From NCBI RefSeq assembly GCF_018977255.1, contig NW_024704743.1, forward strand, positions 46,750,001 to 46,814,000: a DNA stretch of 64,000 bases, given 5' to 3'. The notes beneath the pieces were generated by a model, which saw only the letters and a list, made by a program, of their open reading frames with translations, ran no database searches and was not told the origin of the DNA. Position numbers and translations under genes: made by a program. This DNA is from Callorhinchus milii (lineage: Eukaryota). Positions within the stretch are counted from its first letter, which is position 1. Each line of letters opens with the position of its first letter. Positions 37,321 through 51,355 of the stretch are shown here, piece by piece.

Positions 37321-38264
37321 CTTAGCTGTTTATACCAGAGCAGAGCTTTGCCATACGCCACTATGCGTCTGTACAAAACTCTGCTAGCCAACACTAAACG
37401 CAGGTTACGTTTTTAAAGTTATTCAAGAGCCAGGAGTGCAATCTAATTGATAAGCATTGATTCATTTCTGAATTTACCTGTTGATGATTGTTTTAGGAGC
37501 TCCAAAATCAAATTGTTGTCACCAACCTGAATCTATATGATAGTTTTAGTATCGGTAATGAATCAACATTGAGTATAAAAAAGGGCACTAATGGACTTCA
37601 TTCCAATCACAACAACTCTCTATTGATTATGGTTCGAGATTGCAGATATTTTATTCATCCTGTCAGATGCTACTTTAGGTAACACTTTTAAAGCTCAAAT
37701 TCCTAAAAAAGAAAACCAAGCCTACAGTCAGCATTTAAATATAAATACTGCATAAAAAACGTAAATGGAAATTGATCATACATTACAGAATAAGGAAACG
37801 GAATATATACTTGAGAAGAGCAGGCTGAAGGGAGATGTTACGGTATTGCATAATTAAGTAGAATAAATGAATGAAATCATAATATGTTCAACATGATCAC
37901 AAGCTTTGCAACATGAGACTATAGACTTAAACTCAAAAGAGGGATTAAATAGATAATTTATATTCAACTACATTGCACAGAGTGGAGTGATTATTTTGAA
38001 TGGGCTTCCTAGGGAAGCAGAATGTGCCAGCAAATTTCTAGAAAATTTAGATAGCTTTTTGGTGAATAAAATGAATTGAGAGATAAAAGAGAGAGAGTAG
38101 TTTAAGCACGTCTTAAAGCACTTGATAGTATAAACCGGTAAATTGGAGTGACTGTTTTCTGTGGAATATGTGTTGTGGGCCATGTGGGCATTTCAGCCGC
38201 ATGGATCATTGCTGGAAAGAAACTAAATTGATTGGATGGATTTTTTTGATATGTTTTTTTCCAG

Positions 38265-38416
38265 TCATAAGCAGAACAACGGGCAGCCAATCTGGTTTAC
38301 GCTCGGGATTAAAGAAACCATCCAAGGCTGGGACCGAGGTCTACAGAACATGTGTGCAGGGGAGAAGAGGAAGCTGACTATTCCACCAGTCTATGCTTAT
38401 GGGAAAAAGGGAAAAG
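38265..38416 (+). CDS. FKBP14: FKBP14 exon 2
   Basis: cag|T HKQNNGQPIWFTLGIKETIQGWDRGLQNMCAGEKRKLTIPPVYAYGKKGK G|GTACAG; 152 nt. Confidence 0.97.
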
Positions 38417-40359
38417 GTACAGAATGTAATTATACAAATGAGAAATATGCTTGACATTGCAACTAATGCAATGTATCTTCTGGCATTATTTCTGCTGCAT
38501 GTTTCTCATCAGTTAAAGACAACTGATAAATCAGTGGTATGTTTTGCCAGTGCAGAGGCATGAACTGGATACTCTTGAATGCTTCGAATATATTCAGAAA
38601 CCCAATATTTTCATAAAACCAACTGTAATACTTCAATGGGCTGGAAAATACAGTTTATTTTATTCAGTGACTCATTTTGTTTTCAATAACCTTCTGTGCA
38701 AATGTGGATCATGGCCTAGAACCTGCTTATCTTTAAGATTGTCTCCTATCCCGCTCTTCTGCTTGATCCTTCCGCTCATCTAACTGGACACGTCCCCTCA
38801 CCCCTCTGAGTTGCCATAAGTGGCCAAGCCTTCAGCTATTGCTCCCAGTACCTCTGGATCTCCTTCACTCTGCCCCTATGTCTCCCACTCTACATCTTAA
38901 TAGTTAGAATGCTGAGAATAGCTACAAAAAACAAAATAGATTGTGTCGGCAAATATATTTCATATTGGAATTAAAATACTCTAATATTGTTGTGCTTTTT
39001 ATACTTTGTAAGTTACTATAGTACTAAACTATGTGTATGAGAATCTGTAACCTTGTTTTGCCTTTACTAACCATTCAATACTTTTTCTGTTTAGTAACAG
39101 ACAACATATGAACATAAAATCCATGCATGTCTTTGGATTCACACTTGCATTACCCAGTGGCGATTGCATGCTGATTTTGGTTGTTGTGAGTTTTGCATTC
39201 TGGTAAGATTAGGTACCATTGGGAATTCGGGAATGGGAAAACTACATACAGCAATTATAAGTGAAGTGTGATAAATTAATTCAAGTAGTGTGCCTTAATC
39301 TTTTCAAAATTAAGTCAGATAACAAAGGAGGAATTCAATTCCTACAAGGGTTGAGGAAGGGATAAATCGGGAGTAAAAGTTAGATGCAGTCTTCTAAGAT
39401 GCAATGTGAAAGTAGTAATAACAATGGCCCTACAACTCTCGTAACCGTTGAATTTTTTTTTGCTGTGGGGAAGCTAGAACCAAGAGGCAGATGTGAGGGG
39501 AAGGGATGGATATCAATATGTTAACATAATTCATTTAGTACTTTGTTTTGCATTCTATCTATCTCAGGCCATTAGGATTCTTGAACTTGAAGTGGTTTGT
39601 TTTTGTGCATATAAACTCATAACCCGGTGCGTCACCTTCAAATTTGCCTCTTGTAACCAACTCATCACTCAGCTACTGATCCAGCCAGGTCCTCAAGTCA
39701 CCTTCTGGCCACAATCAATCCAGTTCTGTCACTAGTTACTTGACCATTTAAATCAAATTGGGTAGACCACACCATTTTTTTACCCCTTTCAACAGGTTAA
39801 CATGCCTGACTCTCCCTTACTGAGAGGCCAGCAGCCCTAGAGCTTGGATCCACAACTGTCAGGAAGATGTTTGGGGAGGGGTGGGAGATGTTTGGGGGAG
39901 GGGGTAGGAGAGAAAAGTCTGGGGAAATAAACTTATTTTGTTATCTTCTATCCCAGCTCAAAATTGATATTTTAACAACTCCCTACAGTATGTTCTTAGT
40001 GCAATAATGTAGTCAAGCAAGGTGGTTGTGAAAACCAGTATTATATTTTCAAACTGAGTGGTTTTGAAATGAATTGACTGGGATGGAAGGTATTCTGAAG
40101 GGATTTAAAAAAATGCAAATTTAAAGTTAAATTGTGTTCATTTAATTCAAAGGCAATTTAATTTAGTCTTCTTAGTGATGAATTTTAGAAAATTGATTGC
40201 TATCACTTTTCAAATTTAATTAAAAACATACATAATATTAATGTGCATTCATGGCCATTTTAGCATTTCAACTTAATTTGTTCTAAGTCTGAGCTCTCAT
40301 GGTCATTATATAACTGTTGATGGATGCCATATGTGACTTGGGGAAGTGGGGAGAGGAAT

Positions 40360-40875
40360 GGGATCTCCTTGCAGCTAAGATGCTCCCAAGGTGACATGCT
40401 TGTCAATTGAATATTGGAATCAAATCATTCCTATATGTGTGTCTCAGTGGTCCAGTTCCTCAGACAAGGTGGGTCCACAGTACTCCAGGCCATTTCTGAT
40501 AACCAAGTCATAGATAGGACTTAAAGAGGTGTAAGCCAAAACCCCCCAAAAAACAAGTAGGGTATCCTAGCTGGATAAGCAAGGAGGAAGCTTGCCAGGC
40601 AATGCTCCCAGTGGCAATTTATTCCGTTTTAGCTGGTTAAACTCTCGCAGTACCGAAACGCACACTTTGGGTTCCCAAGGCTTGGCTCTTGTCATCCTGT
40701 CCCTAATACTCTACAGAATTTGGTAAGCAGTGCGCATAGCTCCAGAGAATGTGCTTTCAATTTCAGACTTGGGTAAAAATCAGTGCTTATGTTGGTACCT
40801 ATGTGGACCTCTTAATCTGGTTTGGATACTTGTAAGCATAGTGATGGGTTACCGCATATGGCAGACACCCCACTG
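40360..40875 (+). repeat. Unclassified ~600-bp repeat, copy 2 (diverged)
   Basis: Same start (GGGATCTCCTTGCAGCTAAGATGCTCCCAAGGTGACATG) and same end (GGTTTGGATACTTGTAAGCATAGTGATGGG...CAGACACCC) as the other copies. Confidence 0.7.
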
Positions 40876-40985
40876 TCCAAAAATAGCCATATTACATCTG
40901 TTCTGCCTAAAAGCTTAATTTGTTGTGTCCTTTAACATTGGGACAATACTATTGTGTTTCATCACTGAATGACTGTGTTCTACAG

Positions 40986-41113
40986 GAAAAATTCCCCCTG
41001 AAAGCATTGTGATATTTGAAATTGAGCTTCTTGAGATCAGAAATGGACCAAGGTCTCATGATTCATTCATGGAAATGGACCTCAATGACGATTGGAAATT
41101 GTCCAGAGATGAG
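40986..41113 (+). CDS. FKBP14: FKBP14 exon 3 (end of FKBP domain, EF-hand 1)
   Basis: cag|GA (G)KIPPESIVIFEIELLEIRNGPRSHDSFMEMDLNDDWKLSRDE|GTAGGT; 128 nt; missed by the ORF track. Confidence 0.97.
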
Positions 41114-41589
41114 GTAGGTATCCTATAGAACATTTACAACACCTGTGTTGACCATTCAAAGAGCAATCCAGTCAATCTCATTTACCTGCCTTTTCTCCCC
41201 ATACCCCTGCCCAAGATATATTTTAGATAACTATCTTGTTCCCTCTTGAAAGCTAATATGTATCCTGCCTCAACCACTACACCCAGCAAAGCATTTCTCA
41301 CCTTATAGAAACTCTCTGTAAATAAAACAAGTTCCCCCTTCCTCCCCCCGGTAAATACCTTACATTGATGCCTTCTCGTCACTGATCAGTGGAAATAATT
41401 TCTCCCTATCCTACTCTCTATTCCAATAAAAAAGGCCCAGTTACTTAAGTCTCTGCTCATATAATACAAATTTACCCTTATATACTGCCTTTCACGTTGG
41501 CAGGATGTCCCAAATTATTTAACATTACTGGCTGGTATATCCAACTTATCTAAAAGTCTGTATTGATATGAGATAGCCTGTATTCTAAC

Positions 41590-42030
41590 CCATGCCAATT
41601 TCCACACACCCCCACCACCCAGGCTCCACTGGCTCCCTATTACAGAACAGATCAATTTTTAAGATCTTTACGTTTGTACACAAATCAATTCATGTCCTAC
41701 CTCTTCCCTACCTCACCAACCTTATATCCCACAACACTACCCAGCCCCTTCGCTCAGCTGGCTCCAGCCTTTTACTCATCCGTTGTCCTCTCCGCTGCAC
41801 CATCAGTGGCCATGTTTTCAGCCTTGACACCAAACAACACTGGAACTCTCTGCCCCAAACCTTCTATCTTTCCCTTTCCTTACCAGTCTTCAGGTAACAT
41901 TAGAAATATCTTCCACTTTGACCTTGCCTATGATCACTTCCCCTCTCAGCGACAGACTCTGACATTTTTAAGCACTCCAATGCTACCCGCATGAAGAGGG
42001 CTATGTAAATACAAGTTATTATTGTTGCCT
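41590..42030 (+). mobile_element. L2 LINE 3' fragment
   Basis: Peptide FKIFTFVHKSIHVLPLPYLTNLI...LRSAGS...WNSLP. Confidence 0.75.
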
Positions 42031-43869
42031 GGGCAACAGCTTGGGATGGGACCTGAGGCGATGAGGAAAGACGATCAAAAGCACGGTCAAAGAGATAGGT
42101 CTGGAGAATGACCTTGAACAAAGTGACATATCTTAATACTGCATCTTTCTGTGATGTATTACGAAATTATATCACCCCAAATTATATTGAATGCCAATCC
42201 TGTTACAGTTGTACCAAAGTAAAATAGTTTGGAGAGGTTCGGATGAGGAAGGCTCTTGAGGCCCATTTGAATCTAATTCTTCCAGAATCCCGACCCTCAT
42301 ATTACAGCATGTTGAACACTATAAACCTGGAATTTTCATGGCCCCTGAACCAGCCGCGTGTAATTTGGGTACTTAGTGCTTGTCCTGCTTCTTTCCAAAA
42401 TGATCGGGCTCAGTGCTCTTCCCCTTTCCCCAGTTTGTTTATTATCAAATCTACAATCGAACACTTTGAAGTTTCCTTGGATAGACTGTTGACTGTCTTA
42501 GTTCACTGTCACTGCTGCTCTGAGCTAGCTGTTAGTCGCCATGGAACATAAGAACGGTACAGTGATGACTTTCCCAGCATTTGTGTCTAGCATCCAGTTC
42601 ACACCTCAAGGTGACACGGTTGATATTAGAAGTTCAGTGGAGTGGGGAATCATACCAGTACATATCACCCATTGTTTTCAATTCCACTGCCATGCACCTG
42701 TCTTCAAGGACTATTTTGTGCTAGGTCAATCAATATACTTTGTTCTTGCCGTGACTGGCTCTTTCCAATAGATTTACTTGATTTCACGTTCAGCTTTAGA
42801 TTACGTGAAGTGGTATGTAGCCACCACAAAAGTTGTTTTGTGCAGGATAAGTGCCACCAGGTTGAAGCAAATTAAGTGTAAAGAGTTGCATTTATCCACA
42901 GGACCACTCAAGTTTACTTCATACCATAGTAAAGAGCCTGCACTTCCACCATCTATTTGTTACCAAGGTGTAAAAAAAATGCAATGTGATAAACGTTGCA
43001 GTCAGAATTGTCTTTGACATCTCAAAATCTTATTTTACCGCTCTGACTTGTGGGTAATGTCTTGGAGTGCTTAACAGTGGGGGAGCTTGACTTCGAGCCA
43101 GGGAGAGAGGGGACATGACCGTAGAAGCAATCGAAAAGGAAGGTCTTCAGGTGTGATCTGAAGACGTACAAGGAGGGGGCAAGAGGAGAGATTGAGGTAG
43201 AGAATTCCAGAGTGTCGGGGTGTTGTGGCTGAACTCTGGCTGCTTCATTCCCCTGCCTGATTCACTCCATCATTTCAATCCATCTTTTGAATTTCTCTTC
43301 CAAAATCTCTCCACCTCACTCTCTGTTTTCAAAACCCGTCTCAAGACTCATCTATTTCATTGTGCCTTCAGCCAACCCCTCTGCCCCATCTCCCTCCCAG
43401 CACTGGCTCCCGGTCTGTCTGTAAAAGGTTTTGAGATGAGAATGGTGTTAGATAAGTGCAATTGATTGTTGCAAAGCAATATTTTTGTTAAAAAATTGAA
43501 TAACCATAGCGTCATAAGCAGGTTACAAATTGAAGGCACTGGGGTGGTGGGGGGAGAGTCATAATATATATAATATATGCAATGTTACAACAAATGAATG
43601 TAAGAAATCAAGATGTGTTTTTGAATTTGGATTAGTAAAACTTTTTTTTGGTTTGTAGCAGTCATTATGCCTTTTGCTGCCTCCAATTAATGTGAAAATC
43701 GGTACATGGTGCCCTTTGAGATATACCCCTCCTGGAGTGAAAAGCAGTATAGAATTGTAAATTGTTGTTGTTGAATCCAATTTTACTTAATCCACTTTTC
43801 TTGCTGCCTCAAATCCTTTGCTACTGAATGTTTTTGAGACATTAATCCAGAACTATCTTTGTAAATTAG

Positions 43870-44028
43870 GTGAGGCACTATCTCCGCAAAGAGTTTGAAA
43901 AATACGGAGTTCCACAAAATGAGACCCATCAGGAGAATCTGGTGAAAGACATCTTTGACCATGAAGATGAAGACCATGATGGGTTTATATCTTCCAGGGA
44001 ATTTACCTATAAGCACGATGAGCTGTAA
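43870..44028 (+). CDS. FKBP14: FKBP14 exon 4 (EF-hand 2, HDEL ER-retention signal)
   Basis: tag|VRHYLRKEFEKYGVPQNETHQENLVKDIFDHEDEDHDGFISSREFTYKHDEL*; total CDS 654 nt (217 aa). Confidence 0.97.
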   Translation: MRHYLRKEFEKYGVPQNETHQENLVKDIFDHEDEDHDGFISSREFTYKHDEL

Positions 44029-46062
44029 TTTGGTTTTTGCTCCATACCAGCATACTTGGACACTCTGCGTGTGAAGTTATGAGTTTATTCTCTGAACAGA
44101 AAAGTAACCAATAGATTATAGCTCTGTTTATTCCAAGATTACAAAGTAAACCAGATGTGTAAAGTTGTTTTTAGTATTTTGTAATTCCAATGTATTGATG
44201 CTCCTTTTAAAAGAAGATCATGGCTGATCTATTATTCTGCAATGGCTTGTTCAGATATTCTGGATGTGCAGTGAGTGAAGCCATTTTTGTGCTGCTGCCA
44301 TTACCTGTGGTACAGTATTCGGATCTTAGGAACATTCAGAACAGTGTTACTGACACCCTCCAGTTGTACAGTGTTTGTTTAGAAAGAACTTTTTGCCATC
44401 ACTTCAAAGAATGCAAAGACCTAACTGTCATCATGGCATTGGAAGATGGGGTAGAGTCTAATGAAAATCTGTTATATCCAGTCAATTCTTCAACATGGGA
44501 CCTGACATCCATTTTACACTATTATCTTCCTGCCATTGATATTTGCTTTAATTTAGTGTGTAAAAAGCAGTAAACCTGCAGCGAGGAGTTGAATATATTT
44601 TTAAAAAATGACTTGGTACTAGAAGTGGAAAATATTCACATCATCTTAACTTTTTTTCCCAAATGGAAATAGACCCTTAACACCAAACACATTTGCAAAC
44701 TATACTCAGATGTCTATAATTGGACCAATCCTTTTGGCACAGCTCTTGTATAATCTTTTGCCGCCTTTAAATCAAATTGTTGCAAGAAGATTTCCTAATG
44801 CTACAAAAGCCAAAGATCCTAGGCTTTTATTATAAATACAGACTTGTGAGGGTTTAGTGTTCCTACTATCAGAATTATTGATGAAAGTATAATCCTCATG
44901 TACTTGATCTTGCAGATTAAATACTAGACAAAAATATGCTTACTTAATCGATGCTTCATTAACTTACTTGGATTGGGAGCTACAATTCAACTGACACTTT
45001 CTGATTAGGATCAAGCTCTGCAAATATGTGCAGTGTTTTTGTTTTGAGGTTCACACTATTCCACTGATGTCTGGTTCAGTATGACCTGCCAGCAGATGGG
45101 TACATAATTTCAACCATTAGAAACCTGCATCTTGCCAGCACTTTAGATTTGAGGTCAGTGAGCAGAGCTCTGGATGATTCTATATATGTCTCTGGTTTCC
45201 CTGATTAGAAATCGGACCAAGTAGGCAATATAACCTCTCTAATATTGGAGCCAATGTATTATTGGACCAGAAATCAATTTCATTTGTACAGATCAGGGAT
45301 ACAACTGAGTAATTGATCAGGGTGAATCGGCAGAACTTGATCAACATCTAAAGATAAAATTAGATAATGTGTCAGGTGTGACCCCACTTTCCCCCGCCCC
45401 ACCCATTGCAAGGCTTTTCCTTCTGCTCCCTTAATGCTGAAAGTTTATTTCATTTTGCAATAGGACAAACAATAGTTATACTCAGATATTGAAGTTTTAC
45501 AGCAGACTTTGCTACTACACAAAAAAAATGCAATGTGACTGAAGCCTCGCCCTCATTACGTTTTACCCCCGCTTTATGTGCCAAATGCTTGATTCAGTTC
45601 CTTGGCATACAATAACACCTGCAGTAAGTTGTGGCCTGGCTCCATTACTTGGTTGGATAGCTCAGGAAACAGAGAATAGATGTTCTGTGTCTTTTGTATC
45701 TTTAATTTATGGAAACTGTCTCTGGAGATGTTGGATTCACATTACACATGTATTTCAGCGTCAGGACCCACAAGGCAAGTGGGACAGGCTTCTATATGTC
45801 ATGGGACAATGATTTTGAGCAATGATTTTATCTCATTAATGCAGGAGTCAAAACAACACGCAATTGGTTAGGATGGTCTGATTTAACCCAAATTGAAATC
45901 TGACATCTTGCCACTGGTTTATCGTGTTTTAAATACAAAAAGATAGGTGCACAATAACAACTGTTGTTGCATCTTTAAACCATAACAGGAGCTGTTAAAA
46001 AAAACCTTTACTAATGGACCAAATATCATTGAGCCTCCAGCTTTGTAATTCTTTTATATGAA

Positions 46063-46068
46063 AATAAA
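46063..46068 (+). terminator. FKBP14: Probable polyadenylation signal of FKBP14 (3' UTR about 2 kb)
   Basis: AATAAA with TGTA upstream and T/GT-rich sequence downstream. Confidence 0.5.
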
Positions 46069-48493
46069 CATTTTCTTACACCTCTTCCTGTTGTTTCATA
46101 CTTTAACACAAGTACATTAACCGGAGAATCTGTACAATCCTTCTTTTGGTTAATCATGGCTCACCTGCAGAGGAATAGATTGTGATGGTGAATGAGGATG
46201 ATCGTATAATGGAAATGAAAGAGATGGCCTTCTTTGATGGGGGCTGAACCAGTTCTGTTACCAGATGTCTTTGCTGCTGTGAACGGTCAATATTTCCATT
46301 CTCGGTGACCAAACAACTTGTGCATATGTGGAGCCATTACTAGATATGTATCATTACTCATGATATCATCATGTTTGTAGGCAATGATGGCTCATGGACC
46401 CCCATTGCATGTGCACGCGCAGAGATTTGCTCAAACATTTGCCCAACCAGCATTCTGTAAAATGGTGGAAGGATTCAAGGTTGGCGTTCCTGAAGGTGGC
46501 TGAAGGCTGGCTCACTGATGGTGGGGCTTATAGAATAATTACTGTAAAATGCTTCCAGAGAGACCTCCGGTGGATACACGTTGATACTACAGGGTTAGGC
46601 TCAGTTGGTTAGAACTTTCACTTCTGGGCAGAAGGTGGTGCTTTCTGGGCCCATATTGTGAATTGAGCTCAACCTCGGTTGATCTCTGTAAGGGTGTCCT
46701 GCATGGGAGAAGATCATATATTTTGGATGAAATGTTAAAATGAGGTATTGGTGTATTTTATGTGGATGTTTAAGATCCTAATACTATTGGAGGAAAAGTA
46801 AATAAAATGTATCCCGGCCAACAACATACAAAATAATCACTCAGTCACCTCATGGCTGCTTGTAGGGCTTTGCTGGTGCAAATACTGCTCAATTTACCTA
46901 GAAAACCAGTTTTGACAGTTACTACTTTTGTGTGATGAGAGGCACAATGAAAATCCAAATTGTATCCATCTTTAATGAGAGCATCCAAGTACGCTTCATT
47001 AAACATGAAAGTCCACATTTCATGTTTTTAGAAATTTTGCTCAAGGCTACCTGAAGTAAAATGAATGACAAACTGTATATCATGTAATATTAGAACATGT
47101 TTGTAATCCATTATATCAACAGCAAGTGTTCACTCAATTGCAAACCTCTTGAGATGAGAATAAAATGTGCATTAAAAAATAGCTAGGCTGGAAAAATAAT
47201 TTGCTTTAACTCAGCACAAAATTTTAGCTTGTACAAAACCATAACTGATGTGGCTAGAATAAGATAAGCAACTTACAAGCTGCGGGATGCTAAATAGATT
47301 TAAGCTGCATTTCCAAGTTTTAACTTAAAAGTTTATCCAATGAAACTACTTTTTGATGATCAAATTCTCCTCAGGTGACTTTTCAGGATGTTTCATCCAT
47401 GTAAAAACTCACGTTGCTGATGGCAGAAATTGTTTGCTGTGAATAAATCACTGTAAATTTCTACAAACAGCTTGGAAAAGGTGACCTGGTCTAAAATAAT
47501 TCACTCGGGAAGCTTTCTCTCTGCTCTTGTCTGTGAGAATGGGTTAAGAAGTTGTTTTGGTGCACAGAAGTTGATCCTGAGACTGAATAAATACATTCAT
47601 GACCCATGTGTAACTTTGGGATCAAAGATAAGATTGCAGTATTGATGTTTGCCCAAGGTTATTAAAAATATAACAGTTGATATTTATTTTCTATAATCAG
47701 TTGATTGATGTGTGAATTTTAATTTTGCAGTATTTTTTCTTGGATATTATTTTCTTGACTAAACAACGAAAATTCCGAGCAGAAAAATAATAAAAATAAA
47801 TTGGTCTTTTCAATCCACAAGTGTTTGTGGGACACTGCTGTGCGCAATTGGCTGCCGTGTTTCGCCCACAAAATCTACAGTCATTCACTTTGCAGTATAT
47901 TATGTGAAGCACTTTGGGACATCTAGAAGACGTGATAAGGCTATTTCAAATGCAAGGATTATTAAGGTGTTTTATGACTTAACTCCTCATTAGAAAGATG
48001 CAAGTACTATATAACCTCATTAGCACTTCTGGACTGGAATAGATTATTTCCAGACCAGGTGGAAAATGGTCTAAAAGGCTAAGACAAGGTGGAATTTCAG
48101 ACTTCAGAAGTATGGAATGATTGAGCTGAGAGAAGTTATCCGACATGGAGCATTCAAAAAAACAGGAAGAAATAAACCAAGGAATTATAAACCAGTCAGT
48201 TTAATATTAAGCGGGGTCTCCTTGGAGCTAAACTGGCTTCTAGTTGACATGCCTGGCAATGCAATGTCGGAATTGAGCCAACTCTCTGTGGCGATCTTTG
48301 TAGTCTAGTTCCTGAGCCAGGCAGGTCCGTAGTATTCCAGGGCACTGCTGATGACAGCGCAGCCAGCCTGTTTTTTTAATCCAATGCCCACCCTGGGTTA
48401 AAGTGGTCTTTATGTAAGGGTAGCTTCTGAGTAAGGGTTCGTTGATTCAATGACCGGGCCCCAAACTTTTTTTTAAAAAATTCACTGGCCAAA

Positions 48494-48660
48494 AATTTCC
48501 CTGGGCCCTTGAGTAGACTCCCGCTGGAGTCCTAGTGCATTAACCAACACCGCCTTACTGGTGAGGTGGGAAACTGTGGATATCACGTGGGCTGCTCTGT
48601 GTGGCATTGGTAAATTCTCTTAGAGTCTAGCGGGAGACTACATACAGGCCTGCAGAAATT
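48494..48660. repeat. Foldback or MITE-like element with ~60-bp imperfect arms
   Basis: Left arm AATTTCCCTGGGCCCTTGAGTAGACTCCCGCTGGAGTC versus reverse complement of right arm AATTTCTGCAGGCCTGTATGTAGTCTCCCGCTAGACTC. Confidence 0.7.
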
Positions 48661-48749
48661 GGTAATGCATTATTGGTAATTACACTTAAATTCACTTAGA
48701 ACTGGCCACTGAAAAGGGTGTCAGTACACTGACAGGGCTAAAAAAACAG

Positions 48750-48888
48750 TGGCCACTGGTTACATTAGACAGGTGGTTGCTAAATAGAGGTGGTTTATTA
48801 CGGAAAATGAGTCGGGACTGTGCCAGGGTGGTTGTTGACAGCAGGTAATTGCTGAATAGAAATGGTTGCCTTAACAGGTTTCACTGTA
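48750..48888. mobile_element. One end of a Tc1/mariner (pogo/Tigger-like) non-autonomous DNA transposon
   Basis: Ends ...CAGGTTTCACTG|TA (CAGTGAAACC-type TIR plus TA), with repeated CAGGT(G/A)RTTGCTRAATAGARRTGGTT subterminal units. Confidence 0.55.
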
Positions 48889-51159
48889 TATGCATTTTCA
48901 GAAAGCATTTGTTGAAGTGTCATGTAAAAGATGATTAGCTAAAATTAAAGCACATGTGGGAAGGAATTCCACCTGGGTCGAGATTTATCCTAATTACGTA
49001 GCATTTTAGAGTATCCAGCTAGTCCACGTCAATGTTTATACTTCACACAAGCATCCTATTCCCCTCTCCTGCACCACTACATAAGCTTCATACAGTTCAT
49101 CTTGGAACAGTAAGTTGACTATGTAAGCCACCTGCTTCCTCAGGTAACACACATCCCAATTGGACATTCATAGCATTGCACCTCGATCCATTCAGCCTTC
49201 TATTGAGATACCAGACAGGATAGCCATCATCAAGAAGAAACAGCATTGATATTATCAACTGATCAATATCATCTGACTGACACAATTGCTTTCAGGCACA
49301 AGGGCTTATAAGTTCTCTTGAGAAATGTCAACTTGATCAAACCATGAACTGCAGTGATCTGCATGATCCAGCATGGGATGGTGATTGTGCAGATTCAGCT
49401 GGTATAATTCTGGGGAGTGTATTGTGCCACATTGAAGGGCTGCCACCTACATCTCGGTTGTGTATTTTCAACATCCCTAATGTTCTCCAAACAGTACTGC
49501 GAGTTATTGGGTGACATTGATCCTAACGTCTCTCTGCAGGGCAGTGTGAATTTATAAATGGAATCATTGGCAATGTTTCTGAATCATTAGGTGCTGTCCG
49601 CTATCACCCTTCTGTCAGCATTCTCAATCCTTCTGTGAACAGAGATGAAAGACGGCAGTCATGTCTGGATCTCAGAGAGTTAACTCACACAAGGCATGTC
49701 AGGTATTGTTACTTTTCATTGAGTCCTAACCTTTACAGTTTCACATTGCAGTGTCATATAAGCAAGGAAAACCTAACTTTAATGATGTGGGCAGTCAATA
49801 CTACTCCATATTTATATAAAACTGATACTGGCTTTGCCTTTGCGGTTTTGAGCTTTAGTGAAACATGTCATAATGTGCACTCTTCACTGACGCAGCTGTG
49901 ACCTTTGGATGCATGTGCACATGGCAGGCTGCTTAATAAATGTGTAATCATCAGATGGAGTCTGGAGAGGGCCAGTAGCAAAAATGTTAATAGCAGTGAA
50001 AAGGACATTGGTTCTCATTGTAGACTAAGTTCAAAATCTTCCTTCAAATCTCGACATTTGTCAATATTGACTTGCCTGCTGAGTCACAAGCATATGCACT
50101 GTGGTCCTTAACTAATTTGCTCTATTTATGGAGCATCCAGAAACTAGCAAAATGTTAAATTCACGCTTTGAAGTTGTTTGTTGAATTCAGAAAGTCTGAA
50201 CGTTTGTTATTTCTTGAAAGAACTTACAAAAAAGCAGCTACAGAGTAACGGCTGTATTTGAAAATTTGACAAATTCTAGATGTTCAGAAATGCTATGTAA
50301 AAAAAGAAAATATAGACAGCTGGAATTTCTCCCTACATATCTTTATGGGCTCAATGGACTTCTTCTGTGCTGTATATTTCTATGGTTCTAAGAATGTTAA
50401 CAAGAATGTTCAATACAATATTCAGTAAAATTCTCTGCTCCATAGAAAATTCTGCTATTTAATGCATCCTAATACTTATTTCTATAATAAAAGCTGTTCC
50501 TTAGCATATTTGATTATTTGTAAGAAGTTGTCAATTTTACAAAATTCCTGTGAAAATCTTCAGCAGTATAATTCCTATTGAAATTTTATATTCTTAAAGA
50601 CACAGCAGTTGACGTTTACTTTCTATAATCAGTTAATTGATTTGTGAGTTTTAATTTTGCAGTATTTTTTATTTTTATTGGATATTATTTTCTTGGCTAA
50701 ACAATGGAAATCCTGAGCAGAAAAACAATAATAATAATAAATTGGTCACTTCAATCCACAACTGCTTATCAGACACTGCTATTCATAATCGGCTGCCGCA
50801 TTTCACCCACAAAATATAGTCAATTCACTTCACAGTATATTCTGTGACGCGCTTTGCAACGTCTTAAAGACGTGATAAGGCGCGATATCAAATGCAAGGA
50901 TTAATATTAGGATTATTATTAAAACCAGATCGACATCAGCTGTGAAGTAAAGCAATGTAGTGCCCAGTATCAGCATAGAACTATGAGCTCAAAGGCCCGA
51001 CATTAACCCACAACCTTCTGACTCAGATGGGAGATTGCTAATAGCTAAACTGACATGATAGAAAGGTCAAAGATGTCTTAAAGGAGGAATGGGCTGCAGT
51101 CAATTTGTTGATGCAAATAAGGGTGATTCAATAACTTACATCATAAATCAAGTTCTACC

Positions 51160-51355
51160 AGCTAAAACCTCATAGCTTGCCATTGAGAACACTGCCTCGT
51201 AAGCTTTCCCACTGCTTGTCCAACTAGGACCATCCTGGCCATTAGAGATTTGTTAATTGGAGCTGAGTGGAAACAGTCCCTGCCCCCAGCGGCTTGTCAG
51301 CCCTTCCAAGTCCTGCCAATGAGCTTTGGAGCCAGTTCTGCTCCAAGGAGACCCC
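51160..51355 (-). repeat. Unclassified repeat, partial inverted copy with an internal deletion
   Basis: AAGCTTTCCCACTGCTTGTCCA and CCCTTCCAAGTCCTGCCAATGAGC are reverse complements of segments in 52270-52390. Confidence 0.75.

Noticed and set aside
48345..48370. Hammerhead ribozyme core (CTGATGA) in the unclassified repeat
   Set aside because: It is not conserved in the other copies (CTGATAATGA, CGAATGA), and no correctly placed GAAA or stems were found.
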